Notes: generated by a model not told the origin, from the sequence alone. DNA of 64,000 nucleotides from an uncultured Eubacteriales bacterium (GCA_905206455.1 CAJLHL010000001.1:4191-68190); one strand, 5' to 3'; positions 16,698-29,857 are shown, counted from the first letter of the stretch. Made by a program: numbers and translations.

Positions 16698-19550
16698 ATG
16701 GCAGGAAGCAGTACAGAACAGATTATCGTAAAAGGAGCCAATGAAAACAATTTGAAAAATGTAGATGTGGTTATTCCGAGAGACGAACTGGTGGTTATCA
16801 CCGGTCTGTCCGGTTCGGGAAAATCCACACTGGCCTTCGACACGATTTACGCAGAGGGACAGCGCAGGTATATGGAGAGCGTATCCGCCTATGCCCGTCA
16901 GTTTCTGGGACAGATGGAGAAGCCCAACGTGGAATACATCGAAGGTCTTTCCCCGGCGATTTCCATCAGCCAGAAGACCACGTCAAAGAATCCGCGTTCA
17001 ATCGTAGGAACGGTGACAGAGACATATGACTATCTCCGGCTGATGTATGCCAGAATCGGAATTCCTCACTGTCCGGTCTGCGGCAGGGAGATCAGCAGCC
17101 AGTCCGTGGACCAGATTACCGACGCGGTGCTCTCCTACCCCCAGGGCACAAAAGTGATCGTCGTCTCTCCGGCGGTGCGTCAGCAGAAGGGCGAGCATAA
17201 AAAACTGCTGGAGCGCATTCGTAAGGAAGGTTATAACCGGGTCAGAGTGGACGGTGAAATTTACAATCTTTCGGAAGATGAGATAAAACTGGAGAAAACC
17301 TATAAGCATACCATCGAAGTCGTCATCGATCGTCTCGTCGTAAAGCCGGGAGTGGAGAGCCGGCTGGCAGAAGCGGTGGAACTGGCGCTTGAGGAGGGCG
17401 ACGGGCTCGTTATTCTCAATATAAAGCAGCCGGAAGAGGAAGAAGCTTTCGACCGGCTGTTCAGTACGAAATTTGCCTGCCCGGACCACGGCGCGGCGAT
17501 TACGGAGATGGAACCGCGGACCTTTTCTTTCAACAGTCCCTTCGGCGCCTGCCCGGACTGCAACGGCCTGGGATTTATCCAGCAGATCGATCCCGATCTC
17601 ATCGTGGAAGACAAAACTCTGAGTCTGCAGGACGGCGCTCTGGGAAAAACGTTTAATGCGTTTGACGAGATGTCTTATTATTCCAAAACCATCGGCGCTT
17701 TAGCGGAAGATCACGGGGTGGATCTCAGTCTGCCTTACGAAGAACTGCCGGAGGCTTTTAAGGAAGAGCTGATGTACGGCACCGGAGGACGGAAGATCGA
17801 GTATGTCTACGAGAGCCGCAGTTCCGGTACGGTGATTCATCGAAACCAGAAATTTGAAGGGATTGTCCCGAATTTTGAGAGAAGGTATCGTGAGACGCAT
17901 TCGGATTATGTAAAGGAAAAGATCGAGAAATACATGAGTTATCGTCCCTGCACGACCTGCAGAGGAGAGCGTCTGCGGCCGGAGGTGCTGGCGGTAACCG
18001 TAGGCGGCATCAATATCATGGAATTCTGTCACATGCCGGTGCGGGATTCTCTGAAGTTTATCAAAGAACTGCAGCTGACGGAAAAAGAGCAGATGATCGC
18101 GGCGCAGATTATCAAAGAAATCCGCAGCAGACTGCAGTTCCTGTCCGATGTGGGGCTGGACTATCTCACACTGTCCCGCTCGTCGGCGACGCTGTCCGGC
18201 GGGGAGTCGCAGCGAATCCGCCTGGCTACTCAGATCGGTTCCGGTCTGGTAGGCGTCCTCTACATTCTGGACGAACCGAGCATCGGACTGCATCAGAAGG
18301 ATAACGACAAACTTCTGGCGACTCTTCGCCATCTGACCGATATCGGCAATACGCTTCTGGTGGTAGAGCATGATGAAGACACGATGTATGCAGCGGATCA
18401 TATTATTGACATGGGGCCTGCGGCAGGGGTTCACGGGGGAGAGGTCGTAGCTCAGGGGACGGTGGAAGACATCAAAGCCTGCAGGGAATCGCTGACGGGC
18501 CAGTATCTCAGCGGAGTCAAAAAAATTCCCGTTCCGGCGCAGAGACGGAAAGGAAACGGTGAGTTTATCCGCATCAGAGGCGCGGCGCAGAATAATCTGC
18601 AGGGAGTCGACGCGGATATTCCGCTGGGCGTGATGACTTGTGTGACAGGCGTTTCCGGTTCGGGAAAGAGCAGTCTGGTCAACGAAGTGCTGTACAAAAA
18701 TCTGACGGTGAAGATCAACCGCTCCAAGATCAAGCCCGGAATGTGCAGATCGATTTCCGGAATCGAACAGATCGACAAAATCATCAATATCGATCAGTCG
18801 CCCATCGGAAGAACTCCCCGCTCTAATCCGGCCACATATACCGGTGTGTTTACACATATCCGGGACCTCTTCGCTCAGACCCAGGAAGCGAAAATGCGGG
18901 GATTCGGCAAGGGACGGTTCAGCTTTAACGTAAAGGGCGGAAGGTGTGAAGCCTGCTCCGGAGACGGTATCGTAAAGATTGAGATGAATTTTCTGCCGGA
19001 CGTCTATGTTCCCTGCGAAGTCTGCAAGGGGAAGCGGTACAACCGGGAAACGCTCGAGGTGAAGTATAAAGGGAAGAGTATTTTTGACGTGCTGGATATG
19101 AACATCGAGGAAGCGCTGAGCTTCTTTGAAAATATACCGGCTATCGCCCGCCATATGCAGACTCTCTGCGATGTAGGACTGGGCTATATCAAACTGGGCC
19201 AGCCTTCTACACAGCTCTCCGGCGGCGAGGCGCAGCGGATCAAACTGGCGTCTGAACTGTCGAAGAGAATGACGGGAAAGACCATGTATATCCTGGACGA
19301 GCCGACGACCGGCCTTCATTTTGCCGATGTGGACCGGCTGATCCAGGTTCTGGAGCGTCTGGTAGACGCGGGGAATTCGGTGGTGGTCATCGAACACAAT
19401 CTGGACGTTATAAAAACGGCGGATTATATCATCGATCTGGGGCCGGACGGCGGAGACCGGGGCGGCACCGTAGTCGTCACCGGTACGCCGGAGGAGGTGG
19501 CGGCCTGTGGGCAGTCCTATACCGGTCAGTATCTCAAAAAAATGCTGTAA
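16698..19550 (+). CDS. uvrA: excinuclease ABC subunit A
   Basis: Has two ABC ATPase modules ([23 protein letters not shown]) and zinc-finger cysteines. An AGGAG RBS precedes the ATG at 16698. Confidence 0.95.
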   Translation: MAGSSTEQIIVKGANENNLKNVDVVIPRDELVVITGLSGSGKSTLAFDTIYAEGQRRYMESVSAYARQFLGQMEKPNVEYIEGLSPAISISQKTTSKNPRSIVGTVTETYDYLRLMYARIGIPHCPVCGREISSQSVDQITDAVLSYPQGTKVIVVSPAVRQQKGEHKKLLERIRKEGYNRVRVDGEIYNLSEDEIKLEKTYKHTIEVVIDRLVVKPGVESRLAEAVELALEEGDGLVILNIKQPEEEEAFDRLFSTKFACPDHGAAITEMEPRTFSFNSPFGACPDCNGLGFIQQIDPDLIVEDKTLSLQDGALGKTFNAFDEMSYYSKTIGALAEDHGVDLSLPYEELPEAFKEELMYGTGGRKIEYVYESRSSGTVIHRNQKFEGIVPNFERRYRETHSDYVKEKIEKYMSYRPCTTCRGERLRPEVLAVTVGGINIMEFCHMPVRDSLKFIKELQLTEKEQMIAAQIIKEIRSRLQFLSDVGLDYLTLSRSSATLSGGESQRIRLATQIGSGLVGVLYILDEPSIGLHQKDNDKLLATLRHLTDIGNTLLVVEHDEDTMYAADHIIDMGPAAGVHGGEVVAQGTVEDIKACRESLTGQYLSGVKKIPVPAQRRKGNGEFIRIRGAAQNNLQGVDADIPLGVMTCVTGVSGSGKSSLVNEVLYKNLTVKINRSKIKPGMCRSISGIEQIDKIINIDQSPIGRTPRSNPATYTGVFTHIRDLFAQTQEAKMRGFGKGRFSFNVKGGRCEACSGDGIVKIEMNFLPDVYVPCEVCKGKRYNRETLEVKYKGKSIFDVLDMNIEEALSFFENIPAIARHMQTLCDVGLGYIKLGQPSTQLSGGEAQRIKLASELSKRMTGKTMYILDEPTTGLHFADVDRLIQVLERLVDAGNSVVVIEHNLDVIKTADYIIDLGPDGGDRGGTVVVTGTPEEVAACGQSYTGQYLKKML

Positions 19551-19838
19551 AAAGGTGTTGTAAAGTAGCCGAACCCCGAATCGGCACAGAGGGGGAAAGC
19601 GAATCGGCTTGGACTTGTTTCGCACAGAAAAGAAAAAATATCAGATCATGATCAATAATTCCTCTTAGGCAGGCCGGGCGAAAAGCTCTTTCTACTTAAG
19701 GGGTTTTTTTATGGTGTTTCTCCTGTTTTTCGGAGAAACTCTATGGTACTATTTCCGGCAGAGTCAGAAAGGAGTACAGCAGCTCTCCGCCGGGAGAATG
19801 CGGAGCCTTTGAAAAACGTGTTAAAACTATATCAAAAC

Positions 19839-19867
19839 TTGCAATTGTCCTTGGTTTGGCAGATAAT
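19839..19867 (+). promoter_or_regulatory. sigma-A type promoter upstream of pncB
   Basis: TTGCAA, a 17-nt spacer, then GATAAT. This leaves a leader of roughly 95 nt. Confidence 0.5.
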
Positions 19868-19966
19868 ATGGGAAGAAAATACTTTTGCTCAGCGGGACGC
19901 GCGCATTTTCAGGGCCGCATCCTACGGCAGGCCGGGCTGCAGCCGGCCGCAGAACGGAGAATATCG

Positions 19967-21409
19967 ATGAATCATCATGCTGAAAAAAACTTCAACTATA
20001 CGATGCTCACCGACTTTTACGAGCTTACGATGGCCAACGGCTATTTTGAACTCGGAAAAAAGGATGTTATAGCATATTTCGATATGTTTTTCAGGAGAGT
20101 GCCCGACGGCGGAGGCTTTGCCATCATGGCGGGTCTGGAACAGGTGGTGGATTATCTTCAGAATCTGGAATTTAAAGACGAAGATATCGAGTACCTCAGA
20201 GCGAAAAACTGCTTCAGTGAAGAGTTTCTGGAGTATCTCAGAAATTTTGAATTCAAGTGTGACGTGTGGGCGATCCCGGAAGGAATGCCGATCTTCCCTT
20301 ATGAGCCTGTCATCACTGTCCGAGGCCCCATTATACAGGCTCAGTTTATCGAGACCTTCGTGCTCATGTCGATCAATCATCAGTCGCTGATCGCTACAAA
20401 AGCGGATCGAATCGTGCGCGCGGCCGCAGGCAAGGCGGTTATGGAGTTCGGCTCGAGAAGGGCCCAAGGGACTGACGCGGCGGTCTTCGGCGCGAGGGCT
20501 GCTTATATCGGCGGCTGCGTGGGAACGGCGTGCACGATCGCAGAGCAGCTCTTTGGAATTCCGGCGATGGGAACGATGGCTCACAGCTGGGTACAGACTT
20601 TTGACAGCGAGTACGAGGCGTTTATAAAGTTTGCAGAGCTGTATCCTGATAACTGCGTTCTGCTGGTGGATACTTATGACGTGCTGAAATCGGGCGTGCC
20701 CAATGCGATCCGTGTTTTCGATGAAAAGAAACCGGCCAACAAAGGGATTCGAATCGACAGCGGAGATATCACCTATCTTTCCAATAAAGCCAGAAAGATG
20801 CTGGATGAAGCGGGGCACGCCGATTGCACTATCGTGGTGTCAAATTCGCTGGATGAATATATCATCCGCGGCGTCGTAAACGAGGGAGCCAGCATCGATT
20901 CTTTCGGCGTAGGCGAGCGTCTGATTACAGCCAAGTCCCATCCGGTCTTCGGAGGCGTCTATAAGTTGACCGCGATCGAAGAAAATGGCGAGATCGTTCC
21001 GAAGATCAAAGTCAGTGAAAATATAGAGAAGATCACAAATCCGGGTTACAAGAAAGTCTATCGGCTTTATGAAAAGGATACCGGTCAGGCGATCGCTGAT
21101 CTGATTACGCTGGCTGATGAAAAGATTCCGGAGGAGCCCTTTGAAATTTTCGATTCAGAGCACGTTTGGAAGCGAAAGAAGATCGAAAATTGCGAGTGCA
21201 GAGAACTTCAGGTACAGATTTTTGATAAAGGCAAGCTAATCTATGATCTGCCTTCTCTCAAGGAGATTCAGGCGAAATGCCGCAGCGAGATCGATCTGAT
21301 GTGGGGAGAACTGAGGAGATTTGAAAATCCTCACAAATATTATGTGGATCTTTCCCAAAAGCTGTGGGAACTGAAAAACAGACTCTTGAATTCGAATAAA
21401 AAATATTGA
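19967..21409 (+). CDS. pncB: nicotinate phosphoribosyltransferase
   Basis: Carries MLTDFYELTMANGYF, FGSRRAQG and MGTMAHSWVQ. A GGAGAA RBS precedes the ATG at 19967. Confidence 0.9.
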   Translation: MNHHAEKNFNYTMLTDFYELTMANGYFELGKKDVIAYFDMFFRRVPDGGGFAIMAGLEQVVDYLQNLEFKDEDIEYLRAKNCFSEEFLEYLRNFEFKCDVWAIPEGMPIFPYEPVITVRGPIIQAQFIETFVLMSINHQSLIATKADRIVRAAAGKAVMEFGSRRAQGTDAAVFGARAAYIGGCVGTACTIAEQLFGIPAMGTMAHSWVQTFDSEYEAFIKFAELYPDNCVLLVDTYDVLKSGVPNAIRVFDEKKPANKGIRIDSGDITYLSNKARKMLDEAGHADCTIVVSNSLDEYIIRGVVNEGASIDSFGVGERLITAKSHPVFGGVYKLTAIEENGEIVPKIKVSENIEKITNPGYKKVYRLYEKDTGQAIADLITLADEKIPEEPFEIFDSEHVWKRKKIENCECRELQVQIFDKGKLIYDLPSLKEIQAKCRSEIDLMWGELRRFENPHKYYVDLSQKLWELKNRLLNSNKKY

Positions 21410-21498
21410 CAGCAGACAGCCGGTCTGGTGCGGTTTTTTATCCGCATTCGCCGGCTGATATTTTTTCGGCGCGCAGCGTGGGGGACGGTAAAAAGCGG

Positions 21499-21526
21499 AA
21501 AAAGGCTGTCTCTTTGCAGAGACAGC
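21499..21526 (-). terminator. rho-independent terminator (minus strand) after ilvE
   Basis: ggctgtctc-tttgca-gagacagcc followed by a T-run on the minus strand. Confidence 0.75.
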
Positions 21527-21537
21527 CGAAAAACATT

Positions 21538-22569
21538 TTATTTTACTTTGATCTCTCTGATCCAGCCTTCCGGAGCTTCGATATGTCCCATCTGAATACC
21601 GGTGAGTGTTTCGTAGAGCTTCTTTGTGACGGGACCCATTTCTTTCATTCCGGCAGGGAATGAAATTTCGCGTCCGTGATCGTAGATCTTTCCTACCGGA
21701 GAGATGACGGCAGCAGTGCCGCACAAACCGCATTCGGCGAAATCTTTTACTTCGTCGAAGTAAACTTCGCGCTCCTCAACTTCCAGGCCGAGATAATCTC
21801 TGGCAACGGTCATCAGAGAACGACGCGTGATGGAAGGAAGGATGCTGTCGGACTTCGGAGTGACGACTTTGTTGTCTTTCGTCACGAAGAGAATGTTGGC
21901 GCCGCCGGTTTCCTCCACTTTTGTCCGGGTGGCGGCGTCGAGATACATATTTTCGTCAAAGCCTTCCGCATGAGCTGTCATGATAGCGTGAAGGCTCATA
22001 GCGTAGTTGAGTCCCGCTTTGATATGACCCGTTCCGTGAGGAGCTGCGCGGTCAAAATCGCTGACTTTAATTGTGATCGGTTTTGCGCCTCCCTTAAAAT
22101 AAGGACCTACCGGCGTGCAGAAGATTCTGAACTGATATTCCTCTGCGGGTTTTACGCCGATCACCGGATTAGACGCGAAGATATACGGTCTGATATATAA
22201 TGTAGCTCCGGAACCGAACGGCGGGACAAAAGCCGCGTTGGCGGCTACTACCTGATCGATGGCATCCAGAAATTTTTCCTTAGTGATTGCCGGAATTTCC
22301 AGTCTCTCGGAAGAAGCGATGAGACGCTCCGCGTTGAGATCCGGACGGAAAGTGACGATTCGGCCGTCTTCCGTCGTATAAGCTTTCAGACCTTCGAAGA
22401 CCGTCTGAGCGTACTGGAGAACGCCGGCGCATTCGTTTATTACGACATTGGCGTCCGATGTGAGACCGCCTTCATCCCAGGCGCCGTCTTTGTAATTGGA
22501 CACATAACGCAGCTCTGTCTGCTGGTATTCGAATCCGAGATCGGACCAGTTGATGTTTTTCTTTTCCAT
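21538..22569 (-). CDS. ilvE: branched-chain amino acid aminotransferase
   Basis: The whole length resembles class IV aminotransferases (VFEGLKAY, EETGGANILFV). An AAGGAG RBS precedes the internal ATG (MEKKNINW). Confidence 0.9.
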   Translation of the reverse strand: MEKKNINWSDLGFEYQQTELRYVSNYKDGAWDEGGLTSDANVVINECAGVLQYAQTVFEGLKAYTTEDGRIVTFRPDLNAERLIASSERLEIPAITKEKFLDAIDQVVAANAAFVPPFGSGATLYIRPYIFASNPVIGVKPAEEYQFRIFCTPVGPYFKGGAKPITIKVSDFDRAAPHGTGHIKAGLNYAMSLHAIMTAHAEGFDENMYLDAATRTKVEETGGANILFVTKDNKVVTPKSDSILPSITRRSLMTVARDYLGLEVEEREVYFDEVKDFAECGLCGTAAVISPVGKIYDHGREISFPAGMKEMGPVTKKLYETLTGIQMGHIEAPEGWIREIKVK

Positions 22570-22731
22570 ATGAATCAACTCCTTTATTTGAATGTGATTG
22601 TGAGTACATGGCAATGGAATTACATCTGCAAATTCCCGTTTTCTGTCCGAAATCTCCCCGGACAGAGGTGAAACTTCGGCTGAAACCGTAAAAAACGATG
22701 AAAACAGGGATGAAAATGTAAATTACGTCTA

Positions 22732-22760
22732 ATTATAGAACTCACCTTTTGCGCTGTCAA
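22732..22760 (-). promoter_or_regulatory. consensus sigma-A promoter for ilvE (minus strand)
   Basis: On the minus strand it reads TTGACA, a 17-nt spacer, then TATAAT. The leader is about 155 nt. Confidence 0.7.
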
Positions 22761-22939
22761 GCTTGCAGCGGGGACGCCGGCGGAAAAGAACAGAAGGAGA
22801 GACAGAAACAGGTAAATACGCGTTTTGCGTTTTACATATACGCGGCTTTGCGTCGCGGCGGCGTGGTTTTCTTCGGAGGGCGATACTCCGGTGAAAATCA
22901 CAAAAAACTGCTGTATACAAAATGCTTACAGGCATTGTG

Positions 22940-22968
22940 TTGAAAAACTCTGCTGAAAGTATTAATAT
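22940..22968 (+). promoter_or_regulatory. candidate sigma-A promoter of the atp operon
   Basis: TTGAAA, a 17-nt spacer, then TAATAT. Confidence 0.5.
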
Positions 22969-23006
22969 ACAACAGATTACAGATTTAATCATATCTGAAA
23001 AAGGAA

Positions 23007-23702
23007 GTGAACTTATTGACTTTAGGTGAGGAATTGCAAGAAAAACTGGCAATCGAACCGATCTGGAACATCCCGCTGGGAAATATCGACATTCCGATTA
23101 CCAAAGGTGTTGTGGCGACCTGGGGTGTTATGGCGTTTCTTGTCATCGTATCGATTATCTTCACGAGAAACATGAAGATAATCCCGGGGAAAAAGCAGGC
23201 CGCTGTCGAGCTGGCGATAGGCAAGCTGTACGGCGTGTTTTACAATATCCTCGGCGAAAGAGGAAAGCGATATATTCCTTATCTGCTGACGGTTCTGCTG
23301 TATCTGGGCGTATCCAATATGCTCGGGCTCATCGGAGTCGCTCCGCCGACGAAGGAGCTGAACACCACCGCAGGTCTGGCGATCATGAGTATCGTACTGA
23401 TTCAATATGCGGCGATTCATCAGCGCGGCGTCAAAGGGTGGCTGAAACATTTCGCTCATCCGATGGGCATTATGCTGCCGATGAACATTTTAGAGCTGTT
23501 CATCAAACCGCTGTCACTATGTATGCGACTTTTCGGCAACATTCTGGGCGCATACATTATCATGGAACTGATCATATTCTGCATTCCGGCAGTCGTGCCG
23601 CTGGTATTCAGTTTTTATTTCGATATCTTCGACGGACTGCTGCAGGCATATGTATTCTGTTTCCTGACATCTCTGTTCATTCAGGAAGCGGTTGAGGATT
23701 GA
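23007..23702 (+). CDS. atpB: F0F1 ATP synthase subunit a
   Basis: A multi-TM protein with the conserved LCMRLFGNILGAY arginine motif. The start is uncertain (GTG at 23007 or TTG at 23016). Confidence 0.9.
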   Translation: MNLLTLGEELQEKLAIEPIWNIPLGNIDIPITKGVVATWGVMAFLVIVSIIFTRNMKIIPGKKQAAVELAIGKLYGVFYNILGERGKRYIPYLLTVLLYLGVSNMLGLIGVAPPTKELNTTAGLAIMSIVLIQYAAIHQRGVKGWLKHFAHPMGIMLPMNILELFIKPLSLCMRLFGNILGAYIIMELIIFCIPAVVPLVFSFYFDIFDGLLQAYVFCFLTSLFIQEAVED

Positions 23703-23829
23703 TGAAGGCAGAACAGCAGAAACAAAAAGATCTATTTTTTCAGATGAAGATCGGCGGCTGCCGGAAGAATTTCGGCGGTGAAGATCACTCAGATTTTTAG
23801 TCATTTTTCTAAGTCATTATTTTCAATAG

Positions 23830-24063
<234 letters not shown>

Positions 24064-24098
24064 CAAACCGGGACTACTGACAATTTGGAGGCTGAAGA

Positions 24099-24584
24099 AT
24101 GCTCACATTAGACTGGGGCATAATCTGGACTGTTGTCAATATTCTCATTCTCTTTGTTCTTCTCAGAATTTTTCTGTTTAAGCCGGTCATGGGCATGATC
24201 GAAAACCGACAGGCTATGATCCGGAACCAGCTCGACGATGCGGAGAACAAAAACAGAGAGGCTGACGAACTGAAGGGCCGTTACGAGGAATCGCTGAAAA
24301 ATGCGAAAGAGGAATCTTTCCAGATCGTCAACGATGCAAAGGAACGGGCGAAGGTCCAGTATGCACATATTATAGATAAGGCCAATGAAGATGCTGCACA
24401 GATCAAACAGCAGGCGGATAAGTCTGCGGAAGCCGACCGGGAGCAGATGATGCGCGAGGCACAGGCGGAACTCGCCCAGGTGGCTCTGGCGGCGGCATCC
24501 AAACTGATCGGAAGCAGCGTGGACGCAGAGGCCAACAAAAATATGCTTGATCAATTCTTATCGGAAGAGGGGTCACAGAAATGA
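24099..24584 (+). CDS. atpF: F0F1 ATP synthase subunit b
   Basis: Has one N-terminal TM helix followed by a long charged coiled coil, and its position in the operon fits. Confidence 0.9.
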   Translation: MLTLDWGIIWTVVNILILFVLLRIFLFKPVMGMIENRQAMIRNQLDDAENKNREADELKGRYEESLKNAKEESFQIVNDAKERAKVQYAHIIDKANEDAAQIKQQADKSAEADREQMMREAQAELAQVALAAASKLIGSSVDAEANKNMLDQFLSEEGSQK

Positions 24585-25084
24585 TTGATTTACCCTTAAA
24601 CTATGCCAGAGTCTTATATGATATGAACATAGATCCGGAGAATCTGAATAAGGCAAGAAGTCTGCTGACAGAATCGCCGGAGCTTATGGAAGCGCTGGTA
24701 AATCCGCTGATCCGCAAATCGGAAAAGAGAAATGTCATCGAAAAAATATTTCCCGAATCTCTTTGGAGTTTTGTCAAGGTGATGAGCGACAATGATGATA
24801 CGGCGTGCGCTCCGCAGATGTTTGAGGCGTATGACAGTATCGTGCGTGAAAGGGAAAACACGATCGAAGCGGTATTTACATATGTGACAAAGCCGGATGA
24901 CGCTCAGGTCGAAAGCCTGAAGGCCAAAATCGCTGCGGACTGGGGGAAAGCGAAGGTGGAACTCCGACTGCAGGAAGACCCTTCGATCATAGGGGGCTTT
25001 GTTCTCTCGGTAGGAGAACAAGTCTATGATCAGAGTCTACGAACTTCGATGGCAAAGATGAAGCGTCATTTTGCAGAGAGGTGA
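24581..25084 (+). CDS. atpH: F0F1 ATP synthase subunit delta (OSCP)
   Basis: The C-terminal [19 protein letters not shown] motif is present, and the start overlaps the atpF stop. Confidence 0.9.
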   Translation: MIDLPLNYARVLYDMNIDPENLNKARSLLTESPELMEALVNPLIRKSEKRNVIEKIFPESLWSFVKVMSDNDDTACAPQMFEAYDSIVRERENTIEAVFTYVTKPDDAQVESLKAKIAADWGKAKVELRLQEDPSIIGGFVLSVGEQVYDQSLRTSMAKMKRHFAER

Positions 25085-25088
25085 GAAG

Positions 25089-26591
25089 TTGAGTAACATA
25101 AATTCGAAAGGAATTATTTCTGTCTTAAAGAGTGAAATAGAAAATTATGACAGTAAAGTGCAGGTGGAAGAGACCGGCAGAGTCATCAGCGTAGGTGACG
25201 GTATCGCCAATGTCTACGGCCTGCAGAGCGTGATGTACGGCGAACTGGTGGAATTTGAAAACGGAACGTCCGGCATCGCGCAGAACCTCGAAGAGAAAGT
25301 CATCGGATGTGTATTGCTGGGATCCGATCACGGCATTGTAGAGGGAACCGCGGTGAAGCGCACGGGCCGCCAGGCCGGCGTAGCCGTAGGTGAGAAGATG
25401 ATCGGCCGTGTGGTCGACGCTCTGGGGCATCCCATCGACGGACTGGGTCCCATCGAGACTGACGATTACAGGCCTGTGGAGCACAAGGCTCCGGGCGTAA
25501 TCACCAGAAAAGAAGTGTCTCAGCCGCTGCAGACGGGTATTCTGGCGATCGATTCCATGTTCCCGATCGGCAGAGGCCAGAGAGAGCTGATCATCGGTGA
25601 CCGTCAGACGGGTAAGACGGCCATCGCCATCGATACGATCATCAACCAGAAGGGCGAAGACGTGATCTGTATCTATGTAGCGATCGGTCAGAAGGCGTCT
25701 ACCGTTGCAAAGACGGTGAGCACACTGAAAAAGTACGGTGCGATGGAATATACCATCGTCGTAAACTCTCCGGCCAGCGAACCTGCGCCTCTGCAGTATC
25801 TGGCGCCATATACCGGAGCGGCCATCGGCGAACACTTTATGGATAAGGCGAAGGACGTTCTCATCGTGTACGATGATCTGTCCAAACACGCGCAGGCATA
25901 TCGCGCCATGTCCCTGCTGCTTCACAGACCGCCGGGCCGTGAAGCGTATCCGGGGGACGTCTTCTATCTGCACTCCAGACTGCTGGAACGTGCATGCAGA
26001 AGAGCTCCGGAATTCGGCGGCGGTTCCATGACGGCTTTGCCGATCATCGAAACGCTGGCAGGCGACGTATCCGCATATATTCCGACCAACGTCATTTCCA
26101 TTACGGACGGTCAGATCTTCCTGGAGACAGGGCTGTTCTACTCCGGCGTGCGTCCGGCGGTCAACGTAGGTCTTTCCGTATCCCGAGTGGGAGGTAAGGC
26201 GCAGACGAAGATCATGAAGTCTGTCGCGGGCTCTCTGCGTGTGGATCTGGCGCAGTATCGCGAGATGGAAGTATTCACGCAGTTCAGCTCCGATCTGGAC
26301 GATGCGACGAAGGAGCTGCTGGCCCACGGCAAGAGTCTGATCGAGCTGCTGAAGCAGCCTCTGTATCATCCGATGCCGCTCTACAAGCAGGTGATTCTGC
26401 TGTGCGCGGCAAATGCGAAGCTGCTTATCGATCTTCCGATTAAGGAAATCGAACCGTTTAAGAACGGTCTCATCGAATATTTCGAGGCATCTCATCCGGA
26501 GATTATCAGCGAAATCACAGAGAAGCAGGTTCTCACAGACGAGCTGAAAGAAAATATCCTGACTGTGATCAAAGAATATAAGAGTAGGTGA
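25089..26591 (+). CDS. atpA: F0F1 ATP synthase subunit alpha
   Basis: Carries the Walker A motif GDRQTGKTA. The TTG at 25089 is preferred because GAGGTGA lies 5 nt upstream. The ORF-track start at 25071 overlaps atpH. Confidence 0.95.
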   Translation: MSNINSKGIISVLKSEIENYDSKVQVEETGRVISVGDGIANVYGLQSVMYGELVEFENGTSGIAQNLEEKVIGCVLLGSDHGIVEGTAVKRTGRQAGVAVGEKMIGRVVDALGHPIDGLGPIETDDYRPVEHKAPGVITRKEVSQPLQTGILAIDSMFPIGRGQRELIIGDRQTGKTAIAIDTIINQKGEDVICIYVAIGQKASTVAKTVSTLKKYGAMEYTIVVNSPASEPAPLQYLAPYTGAAIGEHFMDKAKDVLIVYDDLSKHAQAYRAMSLLLHRPPGREAYPGDVFYLHSRLLERACRRAPEFGGGSMTALPIIETLAGDVSAYIPTNVISITDGQIFLETGLFYSGVRPAVNVGLSVSRVGGKAQTKIMKSVAGSLRVDLAQYREMEVFTQFSSDLDDATKELLAHGKSLIELLKQPLYHPMPLYKQVILLCAANAKLLIDLPIKEIEPFKNGLIEYFEASHPEIISEITEKQVLTDELKENILTVIKEYKSR

Positions 26592-26595
26592 TTTC

Positions 26596-27495
26596 ATGGC
26601 AAACATGAGAGAAATCCGCACGAGAATCGACAGCGTTAAGGATACGATGAAGATCACCAACGCGATGTATCTGATCTCGTCCTCCAAGCTCCGAAAGGCG
26701 AGAAGCGGCAGAGACGCGGTATCTCCTTATTTCGAGAGCCTTCAGGCGACGATATCGGATATTCTGGATCGTTCTCCCGATCTGGAGGGGACGCTTTTTG
26801 ACGCCTCTTCTATGAAAGAAAAAGAATCCGAAGATGTAAAGCGCTGTTTTATCATCATCACTTCCGATAAAGGTCTGGCCGGTTCGTACAATCACAACGT
26901 GTTTAAATTAGCTGACGAATATATCGCCGGAGGGAAGGATAATACCATCTGCGCCATCGGTTATATGTCCAGAAACTATTATCTGAACAACCCGAAGGTA
27001 AAAATCGATGACGAATTTGTCTATCCGGCAGCCGAACCGACGGGGTATCGCGCCCGGGGGATGGCGGAGCACGTTATCGAAAAGTTTGAAAAAGACGAAT
27101 TCGACGAAGTATATGTCATGTATACCAAGATGATCAATTCCATGTCATTTGAGGCAAAAGCCATGAAGATTCTTCCTCTTTCCCACAATATGTTCAATCG
27201 TACTGAGGAAGGGGACGATGCATCGAAAAAGAAGACTCCGGTGGACTTTTCACCTTCTCCTGTAGCGGTGCTGCGGCATATCGTGCCTAATTACGTGAAA
27301 GGCCTGCTCTACGGTGCGATGGTGGAATCCTACGCCTGCGAACAGAGTTCCCGTATGACGGCGATGGACAATGCGACGACAAATGCGAAGGAAATGATCA
27401 CAGAACTGTCTCTCATCTACAACCGTGTGAGACAGGCGGCGATCACCCAGGAGATTACAGAAATTGTAAGCGGTGCGCAGTCGCAGAATAATTAA
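26596..27495 (+). CDS. atpG: F0F1 ATP synthase subunit gamma
   Basis: Has MREIRTRIDSVKDTMKITNAMYLISSSKL at the N-terminus and ITQEITEIVSGA at the C-terminus. Confidence 0.95.
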   Translation: MANMREIRTRIDSVKDTMKITNAMYLISSSKLRKARSGRDAVSPYFESLQATISDILDRSPDLEGTLFDASSMKEKESEDVKRCFIIITSDKGLAGSYNHNVFKLADEYIAGGKDNTICAIGYMSRNYYLNNPKVKIDDEFVYPAAEPTGYRARGMAEHVIEKFEKDEFDEVYVMYTKMINSMSFEAKAMKILPLSHNMFNRTEEGDDASKKKTPVDFSPSPVAVLRHIVPNYVKGLLYGAMVESYACEQSSRMTAMDNATTNAKEMITELSLIYNRVRQAAITQEITEIVSGAQSQNN

Positions 27496-28893
<1,398 letters not shown>

Positions 28894-28914
28894 GGGATGA
28901 CGTGAGGTAATGAT

Positions 28915-29325
28915 ATGACTACATTTAACCTGGAAATCGTCGCGACAGACAAGATCTTCTATCAGGGTTCCTGCGAGTCTCTCGTGTTTCCCGCTTTGGA
29001 CGGAGAACACGGGATACTGGCAAAGCACGAATCTATGGTATCGGCTCTGAAAGCGGGAGAGCTGCGTTATACGGTAGACGGAGAAGAGAGAGCTGCCGCC
29101 GTAGGCGACGGTTTTATCGAAGTTCTGCCCGATCGCGTGGTGGTGATTTCGGATTTTGCGGAGAGACCGGAAGACATCGATATCAAACGTGCCCAGCGGG
29201 CGAAAGAGCGCGCTGAGGAACGGATCCGCCTGAAAAAGAGCGAAAAAGAATACGTTCACAGCCAGGCGGCGCTGTCGCGGGCTATGGCGAGGCTGAAAGT
29301 TTCGCAGAGAAATATCAAACGCTGA
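28915..29325 (+). CDS. atpC: F0F1 ATP synthase subunit epsilon
   Basis: Has an N-terminal beta-sandwich sequence (LEIVATDKIFYQG...) and a C-terminal helical hairpin. It is the last gene of the operon. Confidence 0.9.
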   Translation: MTTFNLEIVATDKIFYQGSCESLVFPALDGEHGILAKHESMVSALKAGELRYTVDGEERAAAVGDGFIEVLPDRVVVISDFAERPEDIDIKRAQRAKERAEERIRLKKSEKEYVHSQAALSRAMARLKVSQRNIKR

Positions 29326-29350
29326 TACAGCGGCGGACAGAGCGAAGTAC

Positions 29351-29384
29351 GGGAGCGTCCCTTTTTAGGGGACGCTCCTTTTTT
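29351..29384 (+). terminator. rho-independent terminator of the atp operon
   Basis: gggagcgtccc-tttttag-gggacgctcc followed by T6. Confidence 0.85.
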
Positions 29385-29669
29385 ATAGAAGAAAATGATG
29401 AGATCAGATCAGGACGCCGTTTCCGGATTTTCCGGAGAATCCGCCGGAAGGAGACAGGCGGAGAAATGCAAACGGCAGAGCATTGTATTTTTTTCCTGTG
29501 TATAGAAACCATCGAGATTTAAAACGAGATTTATTTTTGAAATATAAGGATTGTATAAATAATTATTGTGTTTAAGATCGAAATATCGAGAATTTATTTC
29601 TGAATCTATGCCAATGACTTGAATTGTATATTCGTATATGATAGCATTAATTCCGCGGCTGAGGCCGCG

Positions 29670-29857
29670 ACTCTGGAGAGTCTTTCCGGTCAGGAAGGCG
29701 CCGAAGGTGTAATGTATGATACAGATGGAAAGAAGGATTTACCGGTTTTCGGAATAGGGATATTCCGGGATTCAAATCGGTAAAACCGCAGAAATCTCAG
29801 GGATAACCCGTCCGTTTGTTCGGATTCATACAGATCTCTCAGGCAAAAGGACAGAGC
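29670..29857 (+). promoter_or_regulatory. glycine riboswitch (one recognisable aptamer with an unusually long internal insertion)
   Basis: The conserved blocks aCUCUGGAGAG, CGCCGAAGGuGuAA and CUCUCAGGCAAAAGGACAGAG are all present. P1 pairs CUCUG with CAGAG. The gene downstream is an alanine/glycine symporter, the classic regulatory target. Confidence 0.8.

Noticed and set aside
17700-19625. A very long (641-aa) minus-strand ORF antisense to uvrA. Similar shadow ORFs lie opposite atpA (25125-26687), cbiD (51168-52721), the symporter (30334-31449), pncB (19922-20818), the FDP (48526-49428), cas3 (33172-33987) and others.
   Set aside because: Each lies entirely inside a sense-strand gene that has unmistakable family motifs. 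Their translations are low-complexity, Arg/His/Ser-rich, and have no recognisable motifs or RBS. This is the typical antisense-frame artefact of codon-biased, moderately GC-rich genes.
22729-23052. A possible atpI gene upstream of atpB.
   Set aside because: The only ORFs there (107 aa on the minus strand, 64 aa on the plus strand) are not membrane-protein-like on the correct strand, and the region is better explained by the divergent ilvE and atp promoters.
29670-29857. A canonical tandem (two-aptamer) glycine riboswitch.
   Set aside because: I could find only one GGAGAG block, one CGCCGAAGG block and one full CUCAGGCAAAAGGAC block. The second CUCAGGG element is degenerate and nested, not in tandem. 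It is reported instead as a singlet with an insertion, pending a covariance-model check.
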